Notes: a model not told the origin generated them from the sequence alone. Numbered from the stretch's first letter, positions 7,306-18,184 are shown. The stretch is 26,573 bases of DNA from Planctomycetota bacterium (GCA_039190745.1 JBCCXZ010000057.1:1-26573); one strand, 5' to 3'. Numbers and translations are program-made.

Positions 7306-9021
7306 ATGGCAAAGCTCAGGATATTACAGGGAGGCGAGGTCGGCCGTGAGTTCACGCTCGGCGACGGCGATTCGGTCGTCGGCCGCAGCCCAGACTGCGA
7401 TGTGATCCTCGATGTGGCCGCTGTCAGCCGGCACCACGCCACGATTCAACGAGCCGACGGTCGCGCTTCTCTCAAAGACATGGGGAGCCGCAACGGCACC
7501 TACATCAACGGCCAGCGGGTGCAGGATTCCCAGGCACTTGCTGACGGCGATCAGATCCTCATCTGCGACGTGCTGTTCGAGTACACGGCTGAGACTCCCG
7601 CGGGCCTCGTCGCCGAGACTGAGGCGCCGTCGTCGCTCTTGACCCCGCGGGACGCCCTGGCGGCCATGAGCGACGGCGATGATTACGCCGGCGACGGAAC
7701 CTCAAGCATTATGGCGACCGTCAGCGTCGGCCGGGGCGGCGCTGGAGCTTTCCAGCTTTCGGCTAAGCCGGAAGCCCAACTCCAGGCGATGGTTGAGATC
7801 TCGAACAACCTGAGCCAAACCCTCTCAGTGTCCGATATCTTGCCGAAGATCCTGGATAGCCTGTTCAAGATTTTTGTGCAGGCCGACCGCGGGTTTGTCG
7901 TGATGCGGCCGAAGGAAGACGCCCCATTGGTGCCGGTCGCGTCCAAGGCGCGCCGGGAGAGCGACGAAGAAAATATGCGTGTCAGCAGGACCATCGTCGA
8001 GCAGGCCCTGTCGACCGAGAAGGCCATCCTCTCGGCCGACGCGTCCTCCGACGAGCGGTTCAACATGGCGCAGAGCATCGCCGATTTCCAGATCCGATCG
8101 TTGATTTGTGCCCCCATGATCGCCAGCAACGGCGACCCCCTGGGGGTGATCCAGGTCGACACCCGCGACCAGCGGAGCCGGTTCACCGACCAAGACCTGC
8201 ACGTGCTAGCCAGCGTCGCGAACCAGGCGTCTGTGGCGATGGACAACGCCCGGATGCACGAGGACGCGATCCAGCAGAAAGCGCTACAGCGCGACCTGGA
8301 GCTCGCACACCAGATGCAGCTCGCTCTCTTGCCCAACCATTCGCCGACCGTCCCAGGGTACTACTTCTTCGAGTTCTACGAGGCGGCCAACCAAGTGGGT
8401 GGCGACTATTACGACTACGTCATGCTGCCCGACGACCGCGTCGCGATCGTGCTGGGCGACGTCGCCGGCAAGGGCGTCTCGGCCGCGATCATCATGGCCA
8501 AGCTCTCCAGCGACGTGCGTTTCTGGCTCGCCCGCGAGCCGGACGCCGCCAAGGCCATGGGCCAGATCAACGCGGCGTTCTGCCAGCATGCTTGGGACGA
8601 CCGCTTCGTGACCATGGTGGTTGCGATCATCGACCCCGCCGACAATAAGCTCACTCTGGTCAACGCCGGCCACATGCCGCCAATGCTCCGCGACTCCCAG
8701 GGCAAGGTCATCGAGATCGGCGAAGAGGAAGCGGGCCTGCCCATCGGCGTGATCGACGACTTCGAGTATGAGGCCTACGAGCGGGACCTCGAGCCGGGCG
8801 ACTTCCTCACCGCGTTCACCGACGGCTTCAGCGAGGCGATGAATTCCAACCGCGACCTCTTTGGCATCGAACGCCTGGCCGAGCTGCTCTCCAGCCGCGA
8901 GCACCCGACGAAGGAACTCGGCCCCTACGTGCTGCAGGAGGTGCGTTCGTTCGCGGGGGACTTCCCGCAGAGCGACGACATGTGCCTCGCCTGCTTCGGC
9001 CGCGACGCGGAAGACGGGTAG
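7306..9021 (+). CDS. FHA-GAF-SpoIIE (RsbU-like PP2C) protein phosphatase
   Basis: FHA motifs VGRS..VSRHHA..GSRNGT; GAF motifs IRSLICAPM..LGVIQVD; PP2C motifs VGGDYYD, GDVAGKG, NAGH, TDG and SDDM. Confidence 0.92.
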   Translation: MAKLRILQGGEVGREFTLGDGDSVVGRSPDCDVILDVAAVSRHHATIQRADGRASLKDMGSRNGTYINGQRVQDSQALADGDQILICDVLFEYTAETPAGLVAETEAPSSLLTPRDALAAMSDGDDYAGDGTSSIMATVSVGRGGAGAFQLSAKPEAQLQAMVEISNNLSQTLSVSDILPKILDSLFKIFVQADRGFVVMRPKEDAPLVPVASKARRESDEENMRVSRTIVEQALSTEKAILSADASSDERFNMAQSIADFQIRSLICAPMIASNGDPLGVIQVDTRDQRSRFTDQDLHVLASVANQASVAMDNARMHEDAIQQKALQRDLELAHQMQLALLPNHSPTVPGYYFFEFYEAANQVGGDYYDYVMLPDDRVAIVLGDVAGKGVSAAIIMAKLSSDVRFWLAREPDAAKAMGQINAAFCQHAWDDRFVTMVVAIIDPADNKLTLVNAGHMPPMLRDSQGKVIEIGEEEAGLPIGVIDDFEYEAYERDLEPGDFLTAFTDGFSEAMNSNRDLFGIERLAELLSSREHPTKELGPYVLQEVRSFAGDFPQSDDMCLACFGRDAEDG

Positions 9022-9030
9022 GCCTGGCGT

Positions 9031-9273
9031 CTACAGCCAGTTGACCCGCAGGTGGTTGTCGACCCGCTCGACGCCGTCGAGCCGGCGGATCAGCTCTTGG
9101 GCCATCTGCTTCTGGAAGAATGAGGCGACGCTGCCCCGCAGCTCGACGCAGCCGTCGTCGGCCCGGACGCTCACGTCCGAGGGCATCAGATAGGGGCTGC
9201 TGCTGAGGGCGCAGTGGACTTGGTCCAGCAACGGAGAAGCAGACGGAGAAGCAGAGAGCGTCTGGGCAGGCAT
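9031..9273 (-). CDS. Small BON-domain protein
   Basis: G-x-V-x-LRGSVASFFQKQMAQE..GVERVDNHLRV BON signature. Confidence 0.88.
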   Translation of the reverse strand: MPAQTLSASPSASPLLDQVHCALSSSPYLMPSDVSVRADDGCVELRGSVASFFQKQMAQELIRRLDGVERVDNHLRVNWL

Positions 9274-9568
9274 GATTGGGCTCGCGTGTGCGGTGGGCGG
9301 CGGAGAAACCGCGGGGCGGGGTGGGCACGTGAGTGAATATCGGTTGCAGGATGCACACGCGCCGCATCGGCGACCCGCCGGGCCGGCCTTTTCACGCTTT
9401 TCGTCTTCGGGTCGTGCAGGGTCTGCGGGGATTGCACGCTACAGACTGCCCCGTGAAGCCGCCAGACCGGTCCGTCGGGCCCCTCAAAGCGTCCGCACCG
9501 AGTGCAGCGACGTAGGAAATGCACTATGCTCGTCGGCGTTCCAGGTAAGAATCTCGGGAGGCAGAGCA

Positions 9569-10621
9569 TTGGGCGACCGATCCGATACCAGCTGGCAGCC
9601 GGGGGGCAGGCCATGCTGCCGGTGCCGCATCCTCGTCGCAGGCATAGGAGCCTTCCTGGCCGGCGGATTCGCGGGGGCAGCCTCCGGCGAGGTCACCGCC
9701 GAAGTCGAAGGCTCCCGCGCTGTGGTCAAGGTCGACGGAGCCCCTTTCGCCGAGTACCGCGGTCGTTTCCGCCACATGCCGATCATCTGGCCGATCTACG
9801 GCCCGACCGGCGCACCGATGACGCGCCAGTGGCCGATGGGGGAGGCACTTGAGCATGAAGAAAAAGACCATCCCCACCACCACTCGCTCTGGTTCGCTCA
9901 CCAGGATGTGAACGGGCGTGACTTCTGGCACCAGCAGGACCACGACCTCAAGGCGAGCGAGATTGCTGAGCTGAGGGCGGAGGACGAGAACTACCAACGG
10001 CAAACCGGATTGGAAGTGGTTTGTGCCCGTGGGGATGAGGAAGTGGTGATCCGCGCCCGCACCGAGTGGATCGGCGGCCCGCTCGGGAAGATCTGTGAGG
10101 ATGAGCGGACGATCGCCTTCGGCGCCAACGACCAGCAGCGTTGGATCGACTTCACGATCCGCTTCGAGCCGGTCGGCGGCGACCTGACGTTCGGCGATAT
10201 CAAAGACGGCCTGTTTGCCGTGCGTGTGGCCGGGACGATGAAGGTTGACGCCGGGCTGGGCGGAGCCGTTGTTAACGCTGAGGGGCTCCGCGACGACGAC
10301 GCCTGGGGGCGTCCCTCAACCTGGGTGGACTACTACGGACCGGTCAGCGGCCAAACTGTCGGCTTGGCTATGCTCAGCCACCCAGAGAATTTCCAGCACC
10401 CCGTCCGCTGGCACGTCCGGAGTTACGGGCTGTTCACTGCCAACCCGTTCGGCGAACGTGATTTTCCGAAAGCAGATATCCGGCAGCACGCGCTGACTGT
10501 TCCCGTTGGCGAGTCGCTCACGCTCCGCTACCGAGTGGTGTTCCACAAAGGCGACGCCAAAAATGGTGGGGTCGCCGAAGCGTACCAGCGGTTCGCCGGA
10601 TCCGCGGAGCCGACGCCGTAG
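9569..10621 (+). CDS. Secreted PmoA-family (PF14100/DUF6807-like) protein; not a methane monooxygenase
   Basis: TTG 9569 with GGAGG upstream; signal-like segment; DHPHHHSLWFAH, DFWH, AWGRPSTWVDYYG and WHVRSYGLFTANPFG. Confidence 0.82.
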   Translation: MGDRSDTSWQPGGRPCCRCRILVAGIGAFLAGGFAGAASGEVTAEVEGSRAVVKVDGAPFAEYRGRFRHMPIIWPIYGPTGAPMTRQWPMGEALEHEEKDHPHHHSLWFAHQDVNGRDFWHQQDHDLKASEIAELRAEDENYQRQTGLEVVCARGDEEVVIRARTEWIGGPLGKICEDERTIAFGANDQQRWIDFTIRFEPVGGDLTFGDIKDGLFAVRVAGTMKVDAGLGGAVVNAEGLRDDDAWGRPSTWVDYYGPVSGQTVGLAMLSHPENFQHPVRWHVRSYGLFTANPFGERDFPKADIRQHALTVPVGESLTLRYRVVFHKGDAKNGGVAEAYQRFAGSAEPTP

Positions 10622-10630
10622 GGCCGGCAA

Positions 10631-12124
10631 TCAGAACCCGCCGCCGTACCTTTTGTTCAACGCTTCGCGAGTGGCGGTCGTGAGGTCACGGAGTTCGTAG
10701 GCGATCGCCCGTGTCTGGTCGGCCGCCTTGAGTGTCTCGTCGGCCTGAGCCACTGCCCGGTCCCTCGTCGCGTAGGGCTTCTCGTAGTAGCCCCAAGCGC
10801 CGTACCGCGCGTAACGCCGCCGGCCGAAACGTTCCAGGCCGATCGTCGCGTCGCGGAGGTCGGTGCGGTTCTGGGCCCGGTTGACTACGTCGACCATCTC
10901 GCCGAGCCGCTGCACAACCTCCATCCCGTACCCCGCCGTCATGTCGTCCACTCCGCTCGCGTCGAGCGAGGAGATCGTGTCGGCGTAACGGGAGACCCAG
11001 AAAGCTACTTGGTTGAGCGACCCTAGCTGCTCGTCCCGGGCCACGAGGTCGTCGAGGTAGCCGGTCACCGTACGGAAGTACTCGCGGCTGGCCTCGGCGA
11101 TCGCCGCGTCTGGGTCGTCCCCGCCGTCGGCGGAGTCGCCCTCGAGGCTCAGCGGCGAGGCGGGCCCGGAGACGACGCTTAGCACGCGACGGAGCCCCGC
11201 CCCAGACAGCTCGCCCTTGAGGACGACGGCGTTGCCCTCGGCCGAGGCCTCCCATTCGGAAAACTCGTCGATCTGCGCGCCTTGCTTCGCCAATACGCTG
11301 AGCAGCACCGGCTTGGCCACCGGCGTGAGCTTTGCGGCATCGCCCGCGAAAACCATCCGCAGCTCGCCGCGGACCGCGTCCTCGAACACCAGTCGCAGCT
11401 CGACGCCGCGGAAACCGGCCATGGGGTCGGCCGCTGCTTCGTGGTGCGGTTCCATGCCGTCGGTGTCTTTCAACGCGGCGGCCATTTCGTCTGGCGCGAA
11501 CACGCCTTCGGCGTCCAAGGCTATCACCGCCGCGTAGTCGCCGCCGGTTGCCGTAAGGACAGCTTGCTGCAGTAGCGGCGAGAGCTGCGAGCCGTCGGGC
11601 TCACCGCGTTCCCGCAGCCAACGGAGCACCCGCTGTCGGTTAGCCGGGGCCATCGCGCCCACGGTCGCCGAGCCGAGCCGCACGACGAATGTGTCGTTCG
11701 GGCGCTCCACCGCCTGGAAGCTGCCGATCCGATCGAGCCGGCCGCCGGTGATCTCGGCGATGCGTCGCGCGGAGGGGAGCTGCCTCACTTGCGCTAGCGA
11801 GACTTCCCAGGGTGTCTGCATCAACTCAAAGTCGATGTGCGCAGCGGTGACGAACGACGTCGCCTTGGGCGGGATCGCGGTGGCGCCGGCGTCGTGCATC
11901 TGCCGGTGTTCCTCAGCCCACCCGCCCTCGCGGGCGACCAGGCTCTTAAGCACCTTGGCCACGTCGATCAGCGCGATCGCATTCGCCGAATCCGGCACGT
12001 ATTGAGCGAGGAAACTGAGGTTCGCCCGGGCGGGGCCAGCGATTAGCAACGCGGCAGCCAGTCCGAAGGCCCAACGGCAGCGAGAATTAATCGTCCAATG
12101 GACCCGGGGGGATTCAAAACTCAA
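10631..12124 (-). CDS. Secreted hypothetical protein, paralogue of 12114..13616
   Basis: Long ORF with coding-like bias; signal peptide ..IAGPARA; VPDSANAIALIDV and ASREYFRTV..YADTISSL. Start codon uncertain. Confidence 0.8.
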   Translation of the reverse strand: MSFESPRVHWTINSRCRWAFGLAAALLIAGPARANLSFLAQYVPDSANAIALIDVAKVLKSLVAREGGWAEEHRQMHDAGATAIPPKATSFVTAAHIDFELMQTPWEVSLAQVRQLPSARRIAEITGGRLDRIGSFQAVERPNDTFVVRLGSATVGAMAPANRQRVLRWLRERGEPDGSQLSPLLQQAVLTATGGDYAAVIALDAEGVFAPDEMAAALKDTDGMEPHHEAAADPMAGFRGVELRLVFEDAVRGELRMVFAGDAAKLTPVAKPVLLSVLAKQGAQIDEFSEWEASAEGNAVVLKGELSGAGLRRVLSVVSGPASPLSLEGDSADGGDDPDAAIAEASREYFRTVTGYLDDLVARDEQLGSLNQVAFWVSRYADTISSLDASGVDDMTAGYGMEVVQRLGEMVDVVNRAQNRTDLRDATIGLERFGRRRYARYGAWGYYEKPYATRDRAVAQADETLKAADQTRAIAYELRDLTTATREALNKRYGGGF

Positions 12125-13616
12125 CTTGATACTTCTCCGTCATGCGACGCCGGAGTTCGCCCTGGGCGTCTTCGATCATTTTGAACCCCTCGACGCGAGC
12201 CTTCTTCGAGCCGGCCATGGCGCTGGCACGCATGCTCGATCGGGCCGCGGCGCTCTCCCGAGCGGCCTGGTAGTTGTACGCGCCGCTGTTGAAATACCGC
12301 TGATAAGCAGAACCGTAGTAGCCTGACGAGCCGGTTGTGCCCGTCCGGTTGCCCATGCCGGCGGTGCCTACGCCGTAGTCGATGCCACCCTGACGTTTCG
12401 CCAGTGCGATTCCCCGCAGCGACTGTGCGACCATCGTGCCGAAGTCCAGCAGTTCGGGGTCGACGTGGAGGATCGGCATACGGTCGATTTTCCGTGCGTA
12501 ACGCTCCTGCACGGCGGCGGCGGCTTTGTTCCCCCGCAGGCTGCGGCGGAGGTCTTTCAGCAGCACGTCGATCGACTTGTAGTAGGTGAGAGAGGCCTCG
12601 CGGACCTCGCTCTCGGTTGCCTCTTCCTCCGACTCGGCCTTGTCCTTGAGGGTGCTGAACTTGGTCGAGGGGATTTCTATCACGCTGAACACGCGCCGCT
12701 GGTCGTCTTCCGAGAGCGGTCCCTGCATCAGGATGGCCCGGTCCTTCAGCTCCAAATCCCACCCCGCGATGCCCTCGATCTCTGCGCCGATGTCCTTCAT
12801 GGCTTGCGTCACGATAAACTTCGCCGAGTCGCCCAGAGGGGCAACCGGTTCGTCGAAGTCGATGCGGAGCTGCCCCTGCACCTGCTCGCCGACCGCCACC
12901 CGCAGCACGGCGCCACGCAGGCTGGAAATCGTCGAGGCCGCAGCGGCGATGTCCATCCCCGACTCTTTGAGCATCGAGCTAGACTTCAGCCTCTCCCGGA
13001 CCTCGGTCTCGTTGGTCACGTCGGTCAGGTCCACCGCGAGCGCGATCTGCACCTTCTCGCTGGTCATCTGCGACGCCGCAGCCAAGTACTCTGAAAGTTC
13101 CGGGCCGGTGCTGTTCGCGGCGTAGTCGACCCAACGCGAAACGAACTGCCGCTCGGCGGGGAACATCACCCCCATCTCGCTGTCGTCGATGGTGACGAAG
13201 TAAGCGTCGCTGGGCGTCCAGGCCGCGCGGGCGCCGTTGATCGTGTCGGTGTAGCCGCCCTCGGCCCGGGCCACCGACCGCATCGAGATCGGCTCGTCCA
13301 GTTCCATGACCGCCAGTTCCCAAAGGGGTCGGAAGTCGTGGTCCGGAGTCAATGCTGCGGCGAGGACCATCTTCTTCGCCTCGGGCGGCAGGAAGATCGG
13401 CCGAGAAACATACGCCTGTTCCAGCTCTTCGCCCCAACCCTGCTCGCGGGCGACAGGCGTGTCGACCGTGTTCTCAACGTCGATCATCACCAAGGCGTTC
13501 GCCGACGGGGGGATCTTCTTCAGCAGGCCCTCGAAGGCTTCCGACGGAGTACCGGTCCCCAACGCTAACCCACAACCCAAGCAACACCATGCCGCAGCCA
13601 AGATTCGCTTCCGCAC
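12114..13616 (-). CDS. Secreted hypothetical protein
   Basis: GTG 13616 with AAGGGGAG upstream; signal peptide; IPPSANALVMIDV and ASLTYYKSI..YARKIDRMPILHVDPELLDFG. Confidence 0.85.
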   Translation of the reverse strand: MRKRILAAAWCCLGCGLALGTGTPSEAFEGLLKKIPPSANALVMIDVENTVDTPVAREQGWGEELEQAYVSRPIFLPPEAKKMVLAAALTPDHDFRPLWELAVMELDEPISMRSVARAEGGYTDTINGARAAWTPSDAYFVTIDDSEMGVMFPAERQFVSRWVDYAANSTGPELSEYLAAASQMTSEKVQIALAVDLTDVTNETEVRERLKSSSMLKESGMDIAAAASTISSLRGAVLRVAVGEQVQGQLRIDFDEPVAPLGDSAKFIVTQAMKDIGAEIEGIAGWDLELKDRAILMQGPLSEDDQRRVFSVIEIPSTKFSTLKDKAESEEEATESEVREASLTYYKSIDVLLKDLRRSLRGNKAAAAVQERYARKIDRMPILHVDPELLDFGTMVAQSLRGIALAKRQGGIDYGVGTAGMGNRTGTTGSSGYYGSAYQRYFNSGAYNYQAARESAAARSSMRASAMAGSKKARVEGFKMIEDAQGELRRRMTEKYQVEF

Positions 13617-13807
13617 AATTCTCCCCTTGAAGTAGAAAACACCGGGTCGTCGAAGGCCAAAATGCACCGCTCGCGTGCCATCCTATCCGCCCTGAAGCGG
13701 CCGTTCCATTGACCCAGGCAGAAACACGGCGACATTCAGAGGTTGAAGCCGAGAAGAGCTTCGCACCCTTTTCCCGCCGTAAGCCTCGATCGTAGACCTT
13801 CATTGCC

Positions 13808-15313
13808 GTGGCAACGCCCTCCTGTGCCCGTCCTCCAAACCGAGCTTGGCGGCTCGTAGCGGCGTTGTGCTCGGCTGCGCTGTATCTGTTTCTCGCGGCG
13901 GCGGGCCGCGCCCGGGCCGAGCAACCAAACATCCTCCTGATTTGCGTTGACGACCTCCGGCCCGAACTTGGCTGCTACGGGAAGTCCTACATCAGCTCCC
14001 CGAATATCGACCGCCTGGCGGCGTCCGGCCGGGCTTTCCACCGTCACTACGTCCAAGCCCCTACGTGCGGAGCTTCCCGCTACGCTCTCCTGACCGGCCG
14101 TTACGGCCCCGCCGATAACCAAGCGTTGTTCCGTCGCGCTGAGTGGCTTTCCGCTTCGCAGGAGACCGTCCCGCCCAGCATGCCGGCTTGGTTCCGGCAG
14201 AACGGCTACCGCACCGTCTCGGTTGGGAAAGTGTCCCACCACCCGGGCGGGCTCGGCGGGCCGGACTGGAACGATCCTGCAGTGCCCGAGATGCCGTTTT
14301 CTTGGGACAGCAGCCTCCAGCCCTGCGGACTCTGGCGGCACCCCCGGGGCGTGATGCACGGACTCGCCCACGGCAAGACCCGGGTCGTACGGCGAGAGAT
14401 GAGTGCGTACCAGGCCGCGGAAGGGCCGGATTCGATCTACCCAGATGGGCTCACGTCCCGTGAGGCGCTCCGCCAATTGCAGCAACTGTCCGAAGACGAA
14501 ACGCCGTTCTTCTTGGCCGTCGGCATCATCCGCCCACACCTCCCGTTCGGAGCGCCCGCCCGGTATCTCCGCCGCTACGCCGGCTCAGTACTCCCGCCGA
14601 TCCCGCACGCAAAGAAGCCCGCGGGGCGGACCACTTGGCATCGATCGAGCGAGTTCAGAGCGTACAAGCTGCAAGGACGCGACCCCAACACAGACGCCGA
14701 GTTCGCCAATCTGCTGCGGCGCCACTACGCGGCGTGCGTCAGTTATGCCGACGCCCAAGTCGGACGGCTTCTCGATGAACTCGATCGGAATCAAATCGCA
14801 GAGAGCACCATCGTCGTCCTGTGGGGCGACCACGGCTGGCACCTGGGCGAGCACGCTGTGTGGGGCAAGCACACGCTCTTTGAGGAATCGCTGCGGAGCC
14901 CGTTGATCATCCGGAGCCCGGGCATCCCTGAACCGGGCATACACTCCGACGCCCTGACTGAGACGGCGGCACTGTTCCCAACCCTGTGCGAGTTGGCGGA
15001 GCTCCCCAGCCCCGATTTCTGCGATGGCCGCTCAGCTGCGGCTGCTATCGGGTCGCCCGCCGCCGAGGGGCACGACGCAGTCTCCTACACGCGGAAGGCC
15101 GTGACGCTCCGCACAGGGACCCATCGGATCGTACTGCACAAGGACGGTTTTGTGGAACTCTACGACCACAAATCGCCCGCTGCCGAGACCGTGAACGCCG
15201 CACGAGGCAATCCCGAGATTGTGGCTGAACTGACAGCTCAGTTGTATGGTCGGGTCGGCGTAGGTTCTCTCGCCGAGTTCTTCCAAGAGAGCCAGAGCAC
15301 ACACAAGCGTTAA
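13808..15313 (+). CDS. Formylglycine-dependent sulfatase (iduronate-2-sulfatase/choline-sulfatase-like)
   Basis: [23 protein letters not shown] (CxxxR), [27 protein letters not shown]; signal peptide. Confidence 0.93.
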   Translation: MATPSCARPPNRAWRLVAALCSAALYLFLAAAGRARAEQPNILLICVDDLRPELGCYGKSYISSPNIDRLAASGRAFHRHYVQAPTCGASRYALLTGRYGPADNQALFRRAEWLSASQETVPPSMPAWFRQNGYRTVSVGKVSHHPGGLGGPDWNDPAVPEMPFSWDSSLQPCGLWRHPRGVMHGLAHGKTRVVRREMSAYQAAEGPDSIYPDGLTSREALRQLQQLSEDETPFFLAVGIIRPHLPFGAPARYLRRYAGSVLPPIPHAKKPAGRTTWHRSSEFRAYKLQGRDPNTDAEFANLLRRHYAACVSYADAQVGRLLDELDRNQIAESTIVVLWGDHGWHLGEHAVWGKHTLFEESLRSPLIIRSPGIPEPGIHSDALTETAALFPTLCELAELPSPDFCDGRSAAAAIGSPAAEGHDAVSYTRKAVTLRTGTHRIVLHKDGFVELYDHKSPAAETVNAARGNPEIVAELTAQLYGRVGVGSLAEFFQESQSTHKR

Positions 15314-15786
15314 CGGACCACCGAGCCCTTCTCGACCCAGGCCACACGGTTTAGAGCCGACCGCATCGCCGCGGCAAGGTTTTCGGGCGACTGAGCACCG
15401 ACCACACGTCCTAGCTCGGCCCCCTGCGTCGTGGTGAACACCACGGTCGGTAGACCCTGGACGGAGTATCGCCGGGCGACGCCCGCTTCCTGGTCGGTGT
15501 CGACCAGCACGCACACGAAGCGCTGGGCCAGCCGGGCCACCTTGGGGTCGCTGAGCGCTGTCTGCTTCATGTGGTCGCACCACCCGCACCACTCGGCCGT
15601 GAAGAAACAGAGAATCGGCCGATCTGTTTCGGCCGACGCCGCGAGCCCGGCCGACATGCCCGGCAGCAGCTGCACAGGAGCTGGGCCTTCGATCTCAGTG
15701 CCGGCACGCTGACAGCCCCACGGCTGGCAAGCGGCAACGGCGATCAACAACACCGCCCAAGCGCTGAGGGTCCTTAATGCCGTCAT
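15310..15786 (-). CDS. Exported thioredoxin-family protein (possible lipoprotein)
   Basis: FTAEWCGWC active site and GLPTVVF cis-Pro loop; ATG 15786 with AGGGAG; hydrophobic leader ending AVAAC. Confidence 0.88.
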   Translation of the reverse strand: MTALRTLSAWAVLLIAVAACQPWGCQRAGTEIEGPAPVQLLPGMSAGLAASAETDRPILCFFTAEWCGWCDHMKQTALSDPKVARLAQRFVCVLVDTDQEAGVARRYSVQGLPTVVFTTTQGAELGRVVGAQSPENLAAAMRSALNRVAWVEKGSVVR

Positions 15787-16087
15787 CGTAAAGGCTCCCT
15801 GATTCGGTGCTCTTGCACATAGGATTGCGAAGACCGCCTGCGATTCAGTCAGCTTTGTAAAGAATCGTCGTGCATGCACGGCGGCTGTGCGCCGGTGTGC
15901 GCCCCACCCTCTATCGCCCCGTCGCGATGCGATCCTGCATGAAGTTTCTGCCCCCAGCGGGTGCTATCACGCTAGGCAGACGCTTCTCTCGGACCGCACT
16001 GGACACTGCCGGAGCACGTTCATAACATCCCGCCCGCTCAACTTGAGCGAATCTCTTCTTGTTTCGTGTCTTTTCTGATCGTGTTTC

Positions 16088-18184
16088 GTGGAGGCCACGG
16101 TGGCTTCGGATACCGGTACCGACGCGGGCGTGCTCCGCCGTTGGCAGGACCTGATCCTGCCGATCGCCATCATGGCGAGCGTGCTCGTGATCCTCGTGCC
16201 GCTCCCCCCGGCGCTGATGGACGTGCTGCTAGCAGCCAACATCACCGTGGCGGTGATCGTGCTGCTGACCACCATCTACGTCCGCTCGCCGATGGAGTTC
16301 AGCATCTTCCCGTCGCTGCTGCTGGCGACCACGCTGGCCCGCCTGGTGCTGAACGTCGCCACCACGCGGCTGATCCTCACCCGAGCCGCCACCGACAAGC
16401 AGAACGCCGCCGGGGGCGTGATCACTGCGTTTGCCGACTTCGTGGCGGGCGACGGCATGATCGTCGTCGGCCTGATCATCTTCGTCATCATTGTGGTTAT
16501 CCAGTTCCTGGTGATCACCAAGGGCGCCACCCGCATCAGTGAAGTGGCCGCCCGCTTCGCCTTGGATGGCATGCCCGGCAAACAGATGGCGATCGACGCC
16601 GACCTGAACGCCGGCATCATCGACGAACGCCAGGCCCAGGCACGCCGCGAAGAAATCACCCAACAAGCCGACTTCTACGGCGCCATGGACGGTGCCAGCA
16701 AGTTCGTCCGCGGCGACGCCGTGGCCGGCATCGTCATCACCGTCATCAACGTGCTGGGCGGGCTGTTCATCGGCATGGCCCAGCACGGCATGCCCCTGAT
16801 GGAAGCCGGGTCGCTCTTCACGCGGCTCACCATCGGCGACGGTCTGGTCAGCCAGGTCCCGGCGTTCCTGATCTCGCTCGCCGCAGGCCTGTTGGTCACC
16901 CGCAGCACCCAACGGAGCAACCTCCCGCAGGAATTCATCACGCAGCTCTTCTCGCGGCCGCAGGCCCTGGTCATCACCGGGTTGTTCCTGGCGGTGCTGG
17001 TCACGACCGATCTGCCTCGGACGCCGCTGCTGATGCTCGGCACCGCATGCCTGGGCGTCTCCCGAGTGGTCTCGCAGAACCAGTCCAAGGAGCAGGAAGA
17101 ACAAGAGCAGGCCGAGGCCCAGTCGGCCGCCCCGCCGCCCGAGGAGCGGATCGAAGACTACCTCGCGATCGACCCCATGGAGCTGGAAGTCGGCGTCGGG
17201 CTCATCCGCCTTGCTGACCCCAAGCGCGGCGGCGACCTGCTCGACCGCGTCGGCCGCGTCCGCCAGAGCATCGCCAGCGACATCGGCATCATCATGCCCA
17301 AGGTCCGCATCCGCGACAACATGCGGCTCGAGCCCAACGAGTACCGCATCAAGATCGCCGACATGCCCGTGGCCCAAGACCAAGTGGAACCCGGGCACAT
17401 GCTGGCGATCGACTCGGGCGTCACCAGTGGCCAGGTCGACGGCATCGCCACCAAAGACCCCGCTTTCGGCACCGATGCGCGGTGGATCGTCCCCGAACTC
17501 AAAGACCAGGCCGAGATGTACGGCTACACCGTGGTCGAGCCCGGCGCCGTGCTCGCGACGCACCTCACCGAGGTCTGCCGCCGCCACGCCGACGAGATCC
17601 TCACCCGCGACTCCACCAAGCACTTGGTCGACGAGCTGAAGCAGACGCACCCCACCGTAGTCGACGAGCTGATCCCCAGCGTCATGTCGCTCGCCGAGGT
17701 GCAGTCGGTCCTCCAGTCGTTGCTCCGCGAGCAGGTGTCCATCAAGCAGCTCTCGGTGATCCTCGAAACGCTCGGCGACTACGCCCAACGCACGAAGGAC
17801 CCGATCCTTCTCACCGAGTACGTCCGCCATCGGATGGCCCGGCAGATCTGCACCCGCTACCGCGACGCCGAGAATCGCTTGCACGCGGTTGCCGTCGACC
17901 CCGCGATGGAGGACCGCATCCGCGGCGGGTTCGAGCACACCGAACGCGGCCTGTTTGTGCGGATGCCGCCGCAGCAGGTCGAGTCCGTCGCCGCCGCGAT
18001 CCGCGAGCCGCTGAAGAAGCTCACCGCCGCCGGGCACGCCCCTATCGTGCTCGTCAGCCCGCAGATCCGCGCCGCACTCAAGCACATCACCGAGAACCAG
18101 CTGCCGAACCTGGTCGTGCTCAGCTTCAACGAAGTCACCCGCGACACCGAGATCGTCACCGTTGGCATGGCCAGTGATGCGTAG
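16088..18184 (+). CDS. flhA: Flagellar export protein FlhA
   Basis: FPSLLLATTL, EVAARFALDGMPGKQMAIDADLNAG, FYGAMDGASKFVRGDA, TIGDGLVSQVPA and VRIRDN. Confidence 0.97.
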   Translation: MEATVASDTGTDAGVLRRWQDLILPIAIMASVLVILVPLPPALMDVLLAANITVAVIVLLTTIYVRSPMEFSIFPSLLLATTLARLVLNVATTRLILTRAATDKQNAAGGVITAFADFVAGDGMIVVGLIIFVIIVVIQFLVITKGATRISEVAARFALDGMPGKQMAIDADLNAGIIDERQAQARREEITQQADFYGAMDGASKFVRGDAVAGIVITVINVLGGLFIGMAQHGMPLMEAGSLFTRLTIGDGLVSQVPAFLISLAAGLLVTRSTQRSNLPQEFITQLFSRPQALVITGLFLAVLVTTDLPRTPLLMLGTACLGVSRVVSQNQSKEQEEQEQAEAQSAAPPPEERIEDYLAIDPMELEVGVGLIRLADPKRGGDLLDRVGRVRQSIASDIGIIMPKVRIRDNMRLEPNEYRIKIADMPVAQDQVEPGHMLAIDSGVTSGQVDGIATKDPAFGTDARWIVPELKDQAEMYGYTVVEPGAVLATHLTEVCRRHADEILTRDSTKHLVDELKQTHPTVVDELIPSVMSLAEVQSVLQSLLREQVSIKQLSVILETLGDYAQRTKDPILLTEYVRHRMARQICTRYRDAENRLHAVAVDPAMEDRIRGGFEHTERGLFVRMPPQQVESVAAAIREPLKKLTAAGHAPIVLVSPQIRAALKHITENQLPNLVVLSFNEVTRDTEIVTVGMASDA

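Noticed and set aside
9231..9254. 12-bp tandem duplication ACGGAGAAGCAG x2 in the BON gene
   Set aside because: In-frame, two copies only, encoding a disordered SASP-SASP N-terminus; trivial.
9272..10621. Methane monooxygenase reading of the PmoA-family label, and the 449-aa long start
   Set aside because: The protein is soluble and secreted, with no pmoCAB context. The first ~99 codons look non-coding and TTG 9569 has a good RBS.
13663..13681. sigma54-like TGGCAC...TGCA upstream of the paralogue pair (minus strand)
   Set aside because: GG-to-GC spacing is 12, not the strictly required 10.
15310..15313. Convergent sulfatase and thioredoxin genes share TTAA stop codons
   Set aside because: A common compact arrangement; it does not imply a functional link.
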